A stretch of DNA of 64,000 bases from Macrostomum hystrix. Taxonomy: Eukaryota; Animalia; Platyhelminthes. The stretch is taken from contig CATNEN010000005.1 of assembly GCA_950097015.1 (NCBI GenBank), forward strand, positions 4,340,001-4,404,000, given 5' to 3'. A program made the translations under genes and the position numbers. Under the pieces are notes generated by a model. It was not told the origin of the DNA. It was given only the letters and a program-made list of their open reading frames with translations, and ran no database searches. Positions 13,001-24,900 of this stretch are shown here, piece after piece; position 1 is the first letter of the stretch; every line of letters starts with the position of its first letter.

Positions 13001-14391
13001 TTTTAGTCACAGTAATGTGAAAGTATGACAGCAATCTATTTTTTACGGAACCATCGTGATTGTTTCGTGCGAAGTTGCGCACGTTGAAAGTGCAGAGCAA
13101 TAAAATAGTTTACAGTCTTCATTTTAACTTTCGGTTTCTTATTAAATTACTTGAACCTTCTTACTGCTAGTACATGACGTGATTGAAGAGTCGTTTCGGA
13201 TTTTGTGAATTTCATGACGAATAAAAAGATCGGTGAGTGTTAATTAACAGTCTCAAATTTAGAGTATTAAGGCTTGCAAAAGTGCCAAAAGTTACCGAGT
13301 CCAATTCGATTGGGCTAAAATGCCATTCATTAAAAATGTTAGATATATACATCAGAAATCAGGATAAGTTTGAGTATGGTGCCTTCAGATTGATTGAGAA
13401 GTGGGAACTCACGTCCTTCCCTGTCCAGATCAGGCTCCTGGTAATGCACAAGAATTTTGCACGGGCCGCCAGCGGCAAAGAAGTGCTCCATCTGGTCCAC
13501 ATTGTTCCCATCGAGGATGCCGTCTTCAACTTCGGCCTTATCCAGGCAGTAAAAGTCCGCCACCTGGGCCAGCAGGTGATGGTGGCGCTCATCCAGACGA
13601 TGCCGTCTGGCTTCCCGTTCCTCTTTGAGCTTTTGCTGTTGGCGGGTTAATAATTAATATTAAGAGATAAAAAATGATCAGAATTTATACTTTTATTTAC
13701 CTTTTATCGATTTTTTCTTATTACAGATAACATTTTTGTTATAATGTTGTAATATAATATTATACTAGATGACTCTAACAAACTTAAAATTATTTTATAA
13801 GCGGTAGTTAGTCAGAATTAAAAAAAACTGCGAAATTGCCAATTTCCAGGTTGCCAAGTAAAATAAAATATCCTTGAAATTATCTTTGAATTCACAATTA
13901 ATTTATTATTATTTCTACTTTGAGATACGATCAACTATGGCCTATTTTTCGTTGAATCTGTAAAAAATTAGGCTTAATTGCTTTTTAAAATGTCTAAACT
14001 AACCAATAAATTTTACCCATGGAGTCTAATCATAATTCTGTTTATGTTTTAAGTGTGCATACAATTTTATTAAAATCCAGAATGTATTTGATCATCTCCC
14101 TTAGGACATTTAACTCTGAAGTTTATAATTTAAGCGAAGCAAAACTTAACGTTTTTTGCTTTGAATGAAACACTCTTAATTCTAATTTCAAATCGGAGAT
14201 CAGTTTGTATAATTCATATCTAAATATACAAATTAAATGTAATTTTTAATGTAAAGTCGCTCAGTTTATGATTGATTTCGTCTCACCTGTTTCTCCTTCA
14301 TGTTCTCTCCGGATGTCAGGACTGAGACTCGAGCTTTGCCCTTCTGGGCGCTGCCCGTTCGCTTCCCCTGATCAGTGTCTCCTCCTGGCAT
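1..14391 (-). CDS. DNAH5: Axonemal outer-arm dynein heavy chain, DNAH5/DNAH8 (gamma) type; 3' part runs off the window (gene-level span)
   Basis: 12 exons joined in frame: 14287-14391, 13413-13635, 12566-12916, 11737-12077, 10301-10969, 5778-10208, 5306-5689, 4676-4862, 1985-3848, 1771-1893, 1167-1236, <1-1025 (9,773 nt). P-loops: AAA1 [16 protein letters not shown]2 [11 protein letters not shown]3 [11 protein letters not shown]4 [11 protein letters not shown]-terminus [18 protein letters not shown] and tail motifs such as [17 protein letters not shown] are DNAH5/8-like. DNAH5 versus DNAH8 cannot be resolved (vertebrate paralogs). Confidence 0.95.
1167..1236 (-). CDS. DNAH5: Dynein HC exon 11
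   Basis: (R)[23 protein letters not shown]; donor CCG|GTATGT. Confidence 0.9.
1771..1893 (-). CDS. DNAH5: Dynein HC exon 10
   Basis: (R)[40 protein letters not shown]; followed by a GC donor AG|GCAAGA. Confidence 0.88.
1985..3848 (-). CDS. DNAH5: Dynein HC exon 9 (AAA2-AAA3)
   Basis: [62 protein letters not shown]. Confidence 0.97.
4676..4862 (-). CDS. DNAH5: Dynein HC exon 8
   Basis: [18 protein letters not shown]...LINDLFPG; donor G|GTAAGG. Confidence 0.96.
4998..5100 (+). mobile_element. SINE family B fragment in dynein intron 7
   Basis: GCGGAGAGAAGGCTT..ATGAGAAAGTCAGG.AGATGTACACACCTGTG. Confidence 0.65.
5306..5689 (-). CDS. DNAH5: Dynein HC exon 7 (AAA1)
   Basis: [19 protein letters not shown]...[16 protein letters not shown]; donor CAG|GTGAGA. 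Confidence 0.97.
5778..10208 (-). CDS. DNAH5: Dynein HC exon 6 (4,431 nt; tail, linker, start of AAA1)
   Basis: Uninterrupted ORF with linker motifs ([17 protein letters not shown]) and Walker A GPAGTGKT; acceptor TTCAG|GGC; donor AAG|GTAAGA. Confidence 0.97.
10301..10969 (-). CDS. DNAH5: Dynein HC exon 5
   Basis: [26 protein letters not shown]...[18 protein letters not shown]; donor CAA|GTAAGC. Confidence 0.95.
11450..11463. promoter_or_regulatory. RFX X-box motif in dynein intron 4
   Basis: GCTGTCATGGCAAC fits RYYRYY-N2-RRNRAC; it lies in a ciliary gene. Confidence 0.4.
11737..12077 (-). CDS. DNAH5: Dynein HC exon 4
   Basis: [15 protein letters not shown]...[24 protein letters not shown]; donor AAG|GTTAGT. 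Confidence 0.92.
12566..12916 (-). CDS. DNAH5: Dynein HC exon 3
   Basis: KPRIFVSDG...[21 protein letters not shown]; donor A|GTGAGT; phase 1-1. Confidence 0.9.
13413..13635 (-). CDS. DNAH5: Dynein HC exon 2
   Basis: Acceptor CAACAG|CAAAAG; [28 protein letters not shown]...; donor C|GTGAGT. Confidence 0.9.
14287..14391 (-). CDS. DNAH5: Dynein HC exon 1 ([10 protein letters not shown]...MKEKQ)
   Basis: ATG at 14391; 35 codons; donor CAG|GTGAGA; phase 0 fits exon 2. Not in the ORF track. Confidence 0.75.
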
Positions 14392-14521
14392 AACACTATT
14401 TTATTCAACACTGCATCAGATATTGTTACCTTTTTATGGAATTTTTTAAAGTAATGTTTGTTGCCGTAAAATGTTACTTCAGAATTAATATCCGCGATGC
14501 TCTTAAATACTAAATCAATAC

Positions 14522-14535
14522 GTTGCCTTGGTTGC
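14522..14535. promoter_or_regulatory. Degenerate X-box ~130 bp upstream of the dynein ATG
   Basis: GTTGCCTTGGTTGC: one perfect half-site (GTTGCC). Confidence 0.25.
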
Positions 14536-15824
14536 GTTATTTAAAACAAAAAAGAAATTCTAATATAACTATGCATAATGCTATCTTAGTTTAGATATAA
14601 AGTGCTTCTAAAATAATATTTTTTTATTAAAATCTGCTTAAGACAATACTAAAATCAGGGATCTTAATTTCCGCGCTTGTGTTTTTCAGTTAGAACTAAA
14701 ATAACGTATTTTATAAAAATTTAATAACGTGTTCTTAATTTTTGCTAATTTTACTTGAGACACTTTTTTCATAGAAAAAAAGAACATTTATTCGAAAATT
14801 AGCTGATGTTCATTAAATAAAAACTTTATTTCTAAACACAATCGCTTAAAATTAGCAACACATAATTGCAGAATTATAAAAATTGATCTTTGGTCACCGA
14901 AACGCAAGCTGCGTATTACATTTTTTAAGCGCAGGTCTGAAAACAAAAAAGCAACAAAAAAATCAGTGCTATCACTTGCTCTTTTTAATTCGAATTGTTA
15001 CACGTACATTTGTCTGTTCAATATATATTTATAGTGAACCATGCATTGTTCCATGTATTTTATTTGGCTTACTTGCATTGAAAATTAAATGAATCATACA
15101 AAAAAAAAGATTTTTTTTGTTAACTAGTTTAATTGCCATTATCAGTACTTTTTCATTCATTTAGTTCTGGGAAAGCGTGCATTTGCATAAATAAACGTAG
15201 TCCAAATAGGCTGTTTATTACTTCGCAGTTACAAAACAAATATAATCGCAAACGAAAACTACGAATTAATTAACACCTAGAATGTAATGCCATCTTATTA
15301 ACTAATAACTGTCGTCATAGCTTGAAGTAAGTGTATATTCTATCATACAAGCCCAACACGATTTCTATATGCAAAATAATGTTGAGGTGTTTTTGATTCA
15401 TAGCTTAGAGCGATAATTTTATCACCACTTTATACATGTATACTATAGGAAACCATATGTTAGCTTTCGAAACATTGTGAACTGCGCGACGGAGAACTGT
15501 TTGTGCAGTATGTGAAGTGTTATCTTTTAATTTCTAGCAGCAGAAGATAAGGACAAAATAATTTGGAGGTGCGTTTTGCAATAATTATTACTCTTAGTAT
15601 CAAATGCCAACTGTGTGTAAAAGCTCTAGAAGCATGTGGTTATAATTATTCTAAAGTTTTCTTTTCGAAAAAAATAATTTGTTATAATATTGTTCCTTAT
15701 TTTAAGTTGGGATGAGGGAACTATAAAAGTACTTCTATAGACCAATGCAAGGAGATCTATCAATAACATCTGTAGATGCTTATATTCAGGGGTACTTGAT
15801 GTAGACTCTCTTATATAACCTTGT

Positions 15825-16091
15825 GGTTGTAGCCTTGTGGGTAGAGCGTCGGACTCACTATTTGAAGGTCGGGGATTCGATTCCTGACTCAAATGGAACA
15901 ATTTGTGTCCTTTAGCAAGATACTTGACTCAGCATTGCTTCAGCTGTTAAATGGGTACTGCAGCATTAGTTGGGATAATTGACGGTGGGTGTGGCGTCCC
16001 CCCAGTCCATGGACTGAACAGCCGTACGCAGCCTTCAGATGCACCGCGCAATAGCTGCGGCTGTGCTGTCGGCTGCACATGTGGCCTAATT
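15825..16091 (+). mobile_element. SINE family A (tRNA head + CORE-like domain)
   Basis: A-box TAGCCTTGTGG and B-box-like GATTCGATTCC; GTGTCCTTTAGCAAGATACTT..AAATGGGTAC resembles the CORE/MIR consensus; CAGTCCATGGACTG palindrome. Confidence 0.8.
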
Positions 16092-16719
16092 ACAAACTAT
16101 AGTTACTTATGTAACACTTAACTTCTTTGCAAATACATCTCAATAGGACTCACATATTTTTACTCGCTAGTCTAAAGATCTGATTTTAATCAACGCAGAT
16201 CTAAAACTAAAAATAAACTATAAATACAAATTTTAAACACCGGTATAAAGTCAGTATCACTCAGCAGTAAAGTAATTTACCTGTGTTTACAGGCATAATA
16301 TGCAACCCTGTGCAGGGTCAAATCCGTGCATTGAGTACCCGCATCGCTAGAATGCTCTCATTCATGCATCATTCATCAGGCCTTCTAAATGGTTTCTACT
16401 AGCAACGGGTCGCTATTTTTTTGTCGTCTCGCGTGTTTATATTATTACGAGCCGCATTCCTTTCATCCTGAGCCGGTCGCAAAAAACTGAAGAATAGACA
16501 AACTGCAATGGGAATTGGACTTGGACTACAAAAAACTAAAAGTCGATTTAAAAAAAAAGTCCACTAAATGATCTATCATCAGCTAACCTCTGTTGAAAAT
16601 TTCATAGGTGACGTCGTTAATGTCGTCGTTAATGCCGACACGGATCACGGCTCAAAGCTAAATTACCAATCACTGGTCACTTCGAGTTTTACTATTTGCC
16701 GGGTCGTTTGGAGATCATA

Positions 16720-17160
16720 ATCAAACTGGTCATTTGGAGGGTCATTAAAAATTGCTCATTTGAAGGATCATTATAAACTGCTCATTTGGAGGGTCATTAT
16801 AAACTGCTCATTTGGAGGTCACATGGAAACTGGTATTTTAGAGGGTCACAATGAAACTGGTCATTTGGTGGGTCATTAAAAACGGATCATTTGGAGCACT
16901 ACATGAAACTGGTCATTTGGTGGGTCATTAAAAACTGATCATTTGGTGGGTCATTAAAAACTGATCATTTGGAGCGCTACATGAAACGCGTTATTTTGGT
17001 GGGTCATTAAAAACTGATCATTTGGAGCGCTACATGAAACTGGTCATTTGGTGGGTCATTAAAAACTGATCATTTGGAGGGTTACAAGAAAACTGGTAAT
17101 TTAGAGGGTTACAATGAAATTAGTCATTAGGACGGTCATTATTTAACTGGTCATTTAAGA
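16720..17160. repeat. Degenerate ~26-bp minisatellite
   Basis: Unit ~AAACTGATCATTTGGTGGGTCATTAA. Confidence 0.8.
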
Positions 17161-17754
17161 AAGTTTATAAAAAATGCTTGGACTACGAGACAGTTAGCTA
17201 CATTTAGACACCAAAATTTTTCTGTGGGCTGTATTTTTTTCGCAATTTTTTATTGCGAAAATGGATCTGCTGATGCGGCTGATGATGCCTTTGATGTTTT
17301 GGGTGACATCACTGATGGAGAATAATACAATTGTCTTGACAGCTGAATAGGACATAAATCACATTGCCTAATGACTATACTCAATCTGAGTTAGATATTG
17401 TCAGTGGGATAATGTTTTGACTTGATTCGCTATCATAGTGCGGCATCTACTCAGTCTCGCATGCGTTTCTGAGCTACAATAGTCACATAAAATTTGATAC
17501 GATATAACAAATCAAGCGTGACTCCACACTACGCCCCAGCTCCGGATGAATGTAGTCTAGAGTCTACATTTATATTGTGCGCCGAATGTCAATTTTTTGG
17601 TAGCAATTATTTTTTTAGAGAACGTTTCGTTAAACTCAAATTCCGTTATCCGGCCTAATGCTTTGTTTTACACTCTTCAAATAAATGTTCTAATAGTACA
17701 TGCTTGTGCTTGGAGTTGAATTAATATTAAACATCCACCCCAATTGGATAAGGT

Positions 17755-17949
17755 TGTTCAGTCCATGGACTGGGTGGTTGCCCATTATACCTATTTAACA
17801 ACTTGGTATGTTCTGACATTATGTTCTGAAGAAGTTTGGTGTTAAGTGTCTTGCTAAAGGACACAGATTGTTACAGTTGAATCAGGAATCGAACCCACAG
17901 CCTTTAAGTCGTGAGTCAAGTCCGACGCTCCAACAAACAGGCTACAACC
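17755..17949 (-). mobile_element. SINE family A, internally deleted
   Basis: GTCTTGCTAAAGGACAC, GGAATCGAACCC and GGCTACAACC are the reverse complement of copy 15825. Confidence 0.7.
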
Positions 17950-17959
17950 ATGATTAAGC

Positions 17960-18248
17960 TTTAGTCTGCCCATTTTACTGACTCCTGAGCACACACGCAC
18001 ATAGACACTGTATGCACGCTCACAAAAGATGTGTACATCTGCCCTGACTTTCACATCGTCAGACAGTGTACACTCTCACTGTGCCTTGGAGGTTGGCCCT
18101 TCAGGGCGTACGAGCAACTTGCTCGACAAGCCACCAAGCCTTCTCTCCGCGACTTCGCCGCAGATGAATGTGGCCTCGACACGAAATCGAGCTCAGAGAC
18201 CTGGGTGCGAGAGGCAAACGTGTTAGACTGCTCGGCCTCTGAACCCCT
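17960..18248 (-). mobile_element. SINE family B (tRNA-Leu/Ser-like head)
   Basis: Reverse complement of the 54900 copy; hairpin GTGTACACTGTCTGAC-loop-GTCAGGGCAGATGTACAC. Confidence 0.8.
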
Positions 18249-19044
18249 TCGTATTAAGCGATGACTTTAGAAAGTATTTATTCAGATCAGAATTAAACAT
18301 TTTCGATTTCCAATGTCAAGAGTAAGAATTTGAATTTCAAACAATAGTCTTAATGTTTACTGATTCGAAAATACATGTTAGCCTGGTTGCGGCAAAGGAA
18401 GCCAGAGTGCAAGACTGCTTTGTGAAAGACGTCACTCAAAGCTCTAAAAGTACGCTGTCATTTTGTTTACTATTATACTTCCAATTCAAAATTTACTGAC
18501 TCAAAGACTATATAAGAGTTGAATCATTCTTTTTGGTTAATTCAGAAGTGGTGCAGGAATTTATAGCCAAAGTTTTCTACAATGCTATGCAATGCCGAAG
18601 CAGTCTATTGCGGTTTTATCAGAATGCAATATATAGTACCAATGCACCAATAACCAATAGGCAGCCCTAGACCCAGCTATTCACACAACAATGAGGTTTC
18701 TCTCTATCCGTCCCTATGGCATTCTTTGACATCCAGTGCCTGTCACGTGACACTCTGAATCACGTGAAATTTCTATTAAAGAGAGCGTTCTGTATTCTAT
18801 TTTGACAAAATTTCCCCAGGCACCTTAAGACTAACAATATGCGAACGTTTTAGCCAATAACACGAGGCTGCCATTCATATATTCGCAATTCGCAATTCGC
18901 AACAAAATTACACTCATTGCTCTCCATGTTGTGTCTTCAATTTTACCATTGCATACCAGTGCGCGTAGATAATTTAGCTTTAAAACTAGACATGCTTAAA
19001 ACCAAAGAAAATGGGTAAAGGTACACCTGAGATTGATATAGTTC

Positions 19045-19200
19045 TTTGGAACTCGTGGAACAATTTGTGTCGTTCATTTTCAACTGGGATAATTGAGGGT
19101 GGGTGGGGCGCCCCGTTCAGTCCATGGACTGAACAGCCGTTAACACTGAACACGGTGTTATTCGCTAACACACGCAGTGCATGGGCCCAACTGCTAGGTT
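19045..19200 (+). mobile_element. SINE family A fragment
   Basis: GGAACAATTTGTGTC..GGGATAATTGAGGGTGGGT..GTTCAGTCCATGGACTGAAC. Confidence 0.65.
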
Positions 19201-20533
19201 TCATAAATGTTATCTTATGTTTCGGAAGACCCTACTACGAAAATTGGACAACGCAGAAGATAACTGTAGTCAGTGTTGTTAGTTAGCTATTTTCTAAAAA
19301 TGAACTTTAAATGGCCTGGTTGTCATATTTTGCACTTTTACAGTTTTCTCTTTCTTTCTTGTGGTGAATGAAAAGCGAGCGTATGATTGAGTGGTTCAAC
19401 ACTGGGGGTAGCAAATGTTGAATGAAATTCTGCACGAGGTCAAATTTTTCTGAATGCATCGAATACTTCTGAATTGGGAAAATGATTCGCTACATTTTCA
19501 TAGTTTGAATTTGCTTGAATTTGCTTGAATTTGCTTTCAGTCTCGACTATTAATTTACAATTTGATACAAATAGTCATATTAGATAAATGTTCTTTCTTA
19601 CGCTAACCATTGTTGCGTCTCGCCCATTGGAAGGGTAAACAATATGTCACTGCCTGGAATGGTATCGAGATTATTAAAAAATACGAATTAAACTCTTTGC
19701 TGGAATACTTTCTACACTAAAGTGCAATGTCTTTTCAACTTGTGTGCCGCACCCTGCGAACCGGCCAATACGTATTTGTTCCGCTCGTGTCTTTCAGGAC
19801 AAAAAATTGCGGCAAAGTCATTTAGTTGCATTCATTGTGCATAAAACAATATGCCATGGAGCTAGCTTATGCAGCCCTGGTTACTGTGCCTATTATAGAC
19901 CTTGTCACGCTGTGTAAGGATTTAGTCCTCCGGAGAAAATAACGTTTAACTTAATTGCGTTTTGGGATATGCTGCTGCTGCTGCTGCTGCTAGGTTTGCT
20001 TTGCTTGGTGGCCTGGACCATTGTGAAGAATGAAAGGCTAGCATGTAGCGACAGTGGAATGCTGCATAATTGTAGTATAGCCAGTCATAGCATTTATTGA
20101 TCTGAAGATTCCACTAGCTAGCCGCTCGCTTCAATCCAGTCTGGCCCTATAATCTTGATTCACACTCCTCACTGACGCGCTCTATGCAACCAAAAACTTA
20201 GAGTGCAGAAGGAAGCAGCAGCAGCAGCAGCAGCAGCACTAGTTGATTCGGTGCAGGCTGCATAAGTTCCAGAAGTCAGAACAAACAGTTTCTACGCTGA
20301 TGCATAAAGATCTGGACAGGACCAACGAGGCCCAACCCAACCTCGTGAAGCCTTAAGCCATGAAGTAAACAGCGCTATTTTGCATAGTGCCAGGAGAAAA
20401 CGCTGGAATCATAGCTCGATAGCAAATAGAGAGCAACCGACCGCAACCTAAAAAAGTACATTTCCAGGCTTTTCCTGACTAGCTTGTAGGATTTCTGGGA
20501 TTCTACAACATTTCTCGGAATTCGGAATTTCCC

Positions 20534-20823
20534 GGAGCCAGTGGGTACAGTGACGTGACTCACACCGTTCGCGGGTTCGATTCCCGACTCCACTGGAACA
20601 ATTTGTGTCCTTTAGCAAGATACTTACCTCTGCATTGCTTCAGTTCACCCAGCCGTTAAATTGGTACCAGCATTAGCTGGGATGATTGAGGGTGGGTGTG
20701 GCGTCCCCCGAGTCCATGGACTGAACAGCTGTACGCAGTCTTCAGATGCGCCGTGCAATAGCTGCGGCTGTGCTGTCGGCTGCACATCTGGCCCAATCGG
20801 GGCAGGTGCAATCAGTTTATTAT
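20534..20823 (+). mobile_element. SINE family A, near full length
   Basis: B-box GGTTCGATTCC, CORE-like segment, 3' end GGGGCAGGTGCAATCAGTTTATTATT. Confidence 0.8.
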
Positions 20824-21851
20824 TTCCTAATGAATAAATGCTTCAGTAAATTTAGCACATTTTAAAATTGCTTAATTGGTTGCATTCAAATCCTGGATTC
20901 TCAGGGATTATATTTTAACAATGACTTCTCCGGTGTCAAAATTTCTCTGGATTAAAATTTTCTAGTATTTCTCGGGATAAAGAATAGGCCGGGATACTGG
21001 GATTGGGATTTCCCGGGATTGAGGTCGGGAATTGCAATCCCTGCTAGCAAACCACTGAACAGGCCACAATGTAAAGTTCTATTTCTCTATAGTTAAAACT
21101 AGCGGAATGTAAGTCATGGCTTATGGAGGCCATAGTTGGCCATGAAGAATGCACTATCTGACGGTATTCCCCAAAACACTGCCCAATTTTGTCGTTGCGA
21201 ACCGCGTGACTCCACTTATTTTTGGTCCTTATCCCCTACACCAAAAATACCCCCCAAGCTCTGGCTTTAACAGCACCGGGTCAGAGAAACAGGGATAGGG
21301 AAAGAGGGGTTGTGGAAGCCTCAAACGCCCAGTGGCGACGATAATGTACACTCAAGATTTGGAGTAATGCTCTGAACTAGCGGACCCCGCCTCCGCCTGC
21401 TGTCTAGGGCCGGTGGCTGTCTGTGGGGTGGCGGGGTGGGGGCGCCAAGCGATCCAATCGCCCCGTTTTGCGGAAAGAGGAAAGCAAGTTGTGGTCTAGT
21501 GTGGTCCTAGAGCCTATTGCTTCTGGCTTTTGGGATAGGGCCACTTTGGAGAGCAATGGTTGGCTGACGCCGTATGAATGAAGGGAGGAGGTGGCGTCCC
21601 AGAGCGAGGAAGTAAAAATGGGGAGATAGAGATAGAGACAGGATAGAGCGATAAAAACAACACCAAGAGAGTCCGCTTCACGGTGGCTTTCTGTGCGAAC
21701 ATTTGAGGATCTATTTATTAGATTGCAGTTGCTTACTACTTTTCATTAGCTTGTTTATTGCTTTTATTGAGAAGCAATTTAATAGTCGAACAAGTCCAGC
21801 ATAGCATTTGGCATTTTGAATGACTATACTAAAGCAACAATTGTGAATCAC

Positions 21852-21942
21852 ATGTCTGCAGCCTGCCAGCACTGCCTTGGCAGTCGGCGCCCGCTGGTCT
21901 GTCTATTGGCTTGGCTCGTTTTGCTGCTAACGCGACAGACTT
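21852..21942 (+). CDS. Dscam: Dscam exon 1 (signal peptide)
   Basis: MSAACQHCLGSRRPLVCLLAWLVLLLTRQT; donor T|GTGAGA in phase 1 joins exon 2 to give ...RQTCGVILSEHTGPVPEF. Confidence 0.65.
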
Positions 21943-24900
21943 GTGAGAAATCTCTGCTCTATTATGGACTGCTTTGCCTCTGCTTGTTTTCGTCCGGTTT
22001 TCTTTATGAGCACTTTGACAGAGAACACACTTGAACAAAGACTGAACTATACTCACTGGTGGACAGCTGATGCTATCTCCACAGATTGGGGCTGTGCCAT
22101 AAAGTATACCAAAGCTAAGCAAACACTCCAGACCATAACAACAATGATTTACAGAGCTACATAGCTGGCGATCGATTGCTAGTAGAAAGACAAGGGGGTA
22201 GTTCAAATTCCCAATGCCTACTTCCCAAACCGAATGACCGATGACCGTGGAACTCGTGTAGCCATATTGATTTGAAATTGCGCCGTGGTCTTTGTAAAAA
22301 CAAGCAAAAACAATCAGGATCAGGACGCTAGAAGTGCCGGCATAAATGCTCTTAAAATGATACTAAATAAACTAGCTAAACAAACTCTATTCATGATAAA
22401 CCTTTATGAGTTCTCACTGTTTTATCAGGCTTGGCCTTATCTTCAACCGATAACGAGACCTGTACACCTGTAAACAAATCCAATATCGCCAACATTTTAC
22501 CTGTTACTTACTCATTTCTACCGGTATTTTCCGCGTTTCCACAAGTCTTTTCAAATCGGAACAATGTGACAAATTCAATAGACCATTAGGTACCTATATC
22601 TGGTCCTAGATTACACTATGCATCAGCTATAGAGATACATATTTTTGGTAATAAGCTGAGTATGGGAATAAGTGATTTTGCTGAAACTGATCCTTGAATG
22701 CGTCCTAGACAGGTGCTGCATGCGCCCGTTGCTTAGAGATGGCAATTAGCTAGCTATAGGCAAGCCAAAAATGTGTCACTAATGCCGACAGCATCTGTCA
22801 CCCATATTTTAACATCGACGGGATAATTTCAGTCCTGTCGCCAGCCTTTATTTCTATCCGATTTTGTATCCCAAATATCCCAAAAAACTATTCGCAGACT
22901 TGCAGAGACCAAGGATAGATGGTATAATAGCTGAGTTTAGTAAAATTACGGAAGCTTGGTGTGTGAGTTGCATGGAGGAGGTGTATAATATTAATAATAA
23001 TAAAAAAAGATAGATTAGACTATGCCACAATTTTGCCAGATGTGCAGCTGGCGCATCTGAAGGCTGCGTGTGTACTGCTTTTCAGTCCATGGACCAAATT
23101 TCTACCCCCAAATAATCTGATAATAAGTAGCTTAGAACCTGGCTATTGTATACCACTATCGAAGTTTACTTTGGGGTTATACTGCATTGTTGGGATCTAT
23201 ATACTTCAGACACTTCAGACTGCAGTCTCACGTTGAGGAGACTGTCTGCGTACATTGCTGGCTGCTGTTAATGTTTTGCTCCTATTTTGCCATTCTCTCC
23301 CATATAGCCGTCCCTGTCTGAGCTGATGGATGTACTTCGCAGTCTATTGTGTGTCAGCTTCAGCATGACTAAAAATTCATCAATAGAATTAGTATGCAAA
23401 TATGGTCTGCACCTTCTGAACTGACTCAACTAGCTAGCTAGCTGTCCTATACTTTTGTAAGCCAGTCTGCAAAACTGATTGCACAATCTGAACAAAAAAA
23501 CTATTGAAGGCCATCAGAATTAGGCCCATCCGTCTGTCGTTTACCGTTTTGCTGTATTGTGTCTGTCATGCAATTGGTACCCTCTACTGTGGCTGTCACT
23601 CCTTTGTCTCTGTTCTGCCTGTCACTCCATTATCTCTGTTCTGTCTGTCACTCTATCATCTCTGTTCCGTCTGTCACTCCATTATCTCTGTTATGTCTGT
23701 CACTCCATTATCTCTGTTCTGTCTGTCACTCCTTTGTCTCTGTTCTGTCTGTCACTCCATCGTCTCTGTTCTGTCTGTCACTCCATCGTCTCTGTTCTGT
23801 CTGTCACTCCATTATCTCTGTTCTGTCTGTCACTCCATTATCTCTGTTCTGTCTGTCACTCTATCATCTGTGTTCTGTCTGTCACTCCATTATCTCTGTT
23901 CTGTCTGTCACTCCATTATACCTGTTCTGTCTGTCACTCCATTAACTCTTTTCTGTCTGTCACTCCATTGTCTCTGTTCCGTCTGTCACTAAATCATCTC
24001 TGTTCCGTCTGTCACTCCATTATCTCTGTTCTGTCTGTCACTCCATTATCTCTGTTCTGTCTGTCACTCTATCATCTGTGTTCTGTCTGTCACTCCATTA
24101 TCTCTGTTCTGTCTGTCACTCCATTATACCTGTTCTGTCTGTCACTCCATTATACCTGTTCTGTCTGTCACTCCATTTACTCTTTTCTGTCTGTCACTCC
24201 ATTGTCTCTGTTCCGTCTGTCACTCCATTATCTCTGTTCTGTCTGTCACTCTATGATCTGTGTTCTGTCTGTCACTCCATTGTCTCTGTTCCGTCTGTCA
24301 CTAAATCATCTCTGTTCCGTCCGTCACTCCATCGTCTCTGTTCTGTCTGTCACTCCATTGTCTCTGTTCTGTCTGTCACCCCATTGTCTCTATTCTGTCT
24401 GTCACTCCATCGTCTCTTTTCTGTCTGTCACTCCATTATCTCTGTTCTGTCTGTCACTCCATCGTCTCTGTTCTGTCTGTCACTCCATTGTCTCTATTCT
24501 GTCTGTCACTCCATTGTCTCTATTCTGTCTGTCACTCCATCGTCTCTTTTCTGTCTGTCACTCCATTGTCTCTATTCTGTCTGTCACTCCATCGTCTCTG
24601 TTCTGTCTGTCACTCCATTATCTCTGTTCTGTCTGTCACTCCATCAAGTCTGGAATTTAGCTCAGTCGCGTGGCGTCACTGATCCAGCTATGGGCTCAGG
24701 TCTCACAATTTTACGGCTCATAAAAAAGCAGAATTTTTCATGCTTAATCGATTGAATCGCTTTTTTCACATTGTGCTGTCTGTTTAATAGTACAACTAAA
24801 TCTTCTTGTGAACTGTAATGGAGGAGTCATTGAGTTTCAGTTCATATTAATGAATTTGCTTCTTTTTAAAAATTTTGTATACCACCAAGCTTTGGAAAAT

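Noticed and set aside
81-13650. Plus-strand ORFs antisense to dynein exons
   Set aside because: They are shadow ORFs of GC-rich coding sequence with no independent homology signal.
17239-17259. Hairpin TTCGCAAT-T5-ATTGCGAA and a nearby acidic micro-ORF
   Set aside because: Too short to support a terminator or transposase call in a eukaryote.
19969-20100. MLLLLLLLGLLCLVAW.. as the Dscam signal peptide
   Set aside because: It derives from a (CTG)n microsatellite with no good phase-1 donor; 21852-21942 has a GTGAGA donor in the right phase.
20880-21055. GGGATT..GCAATCCCTG as a DNA-transposon terminal repeat
   Set aside because: No matching opposite TIR or TSD was found.
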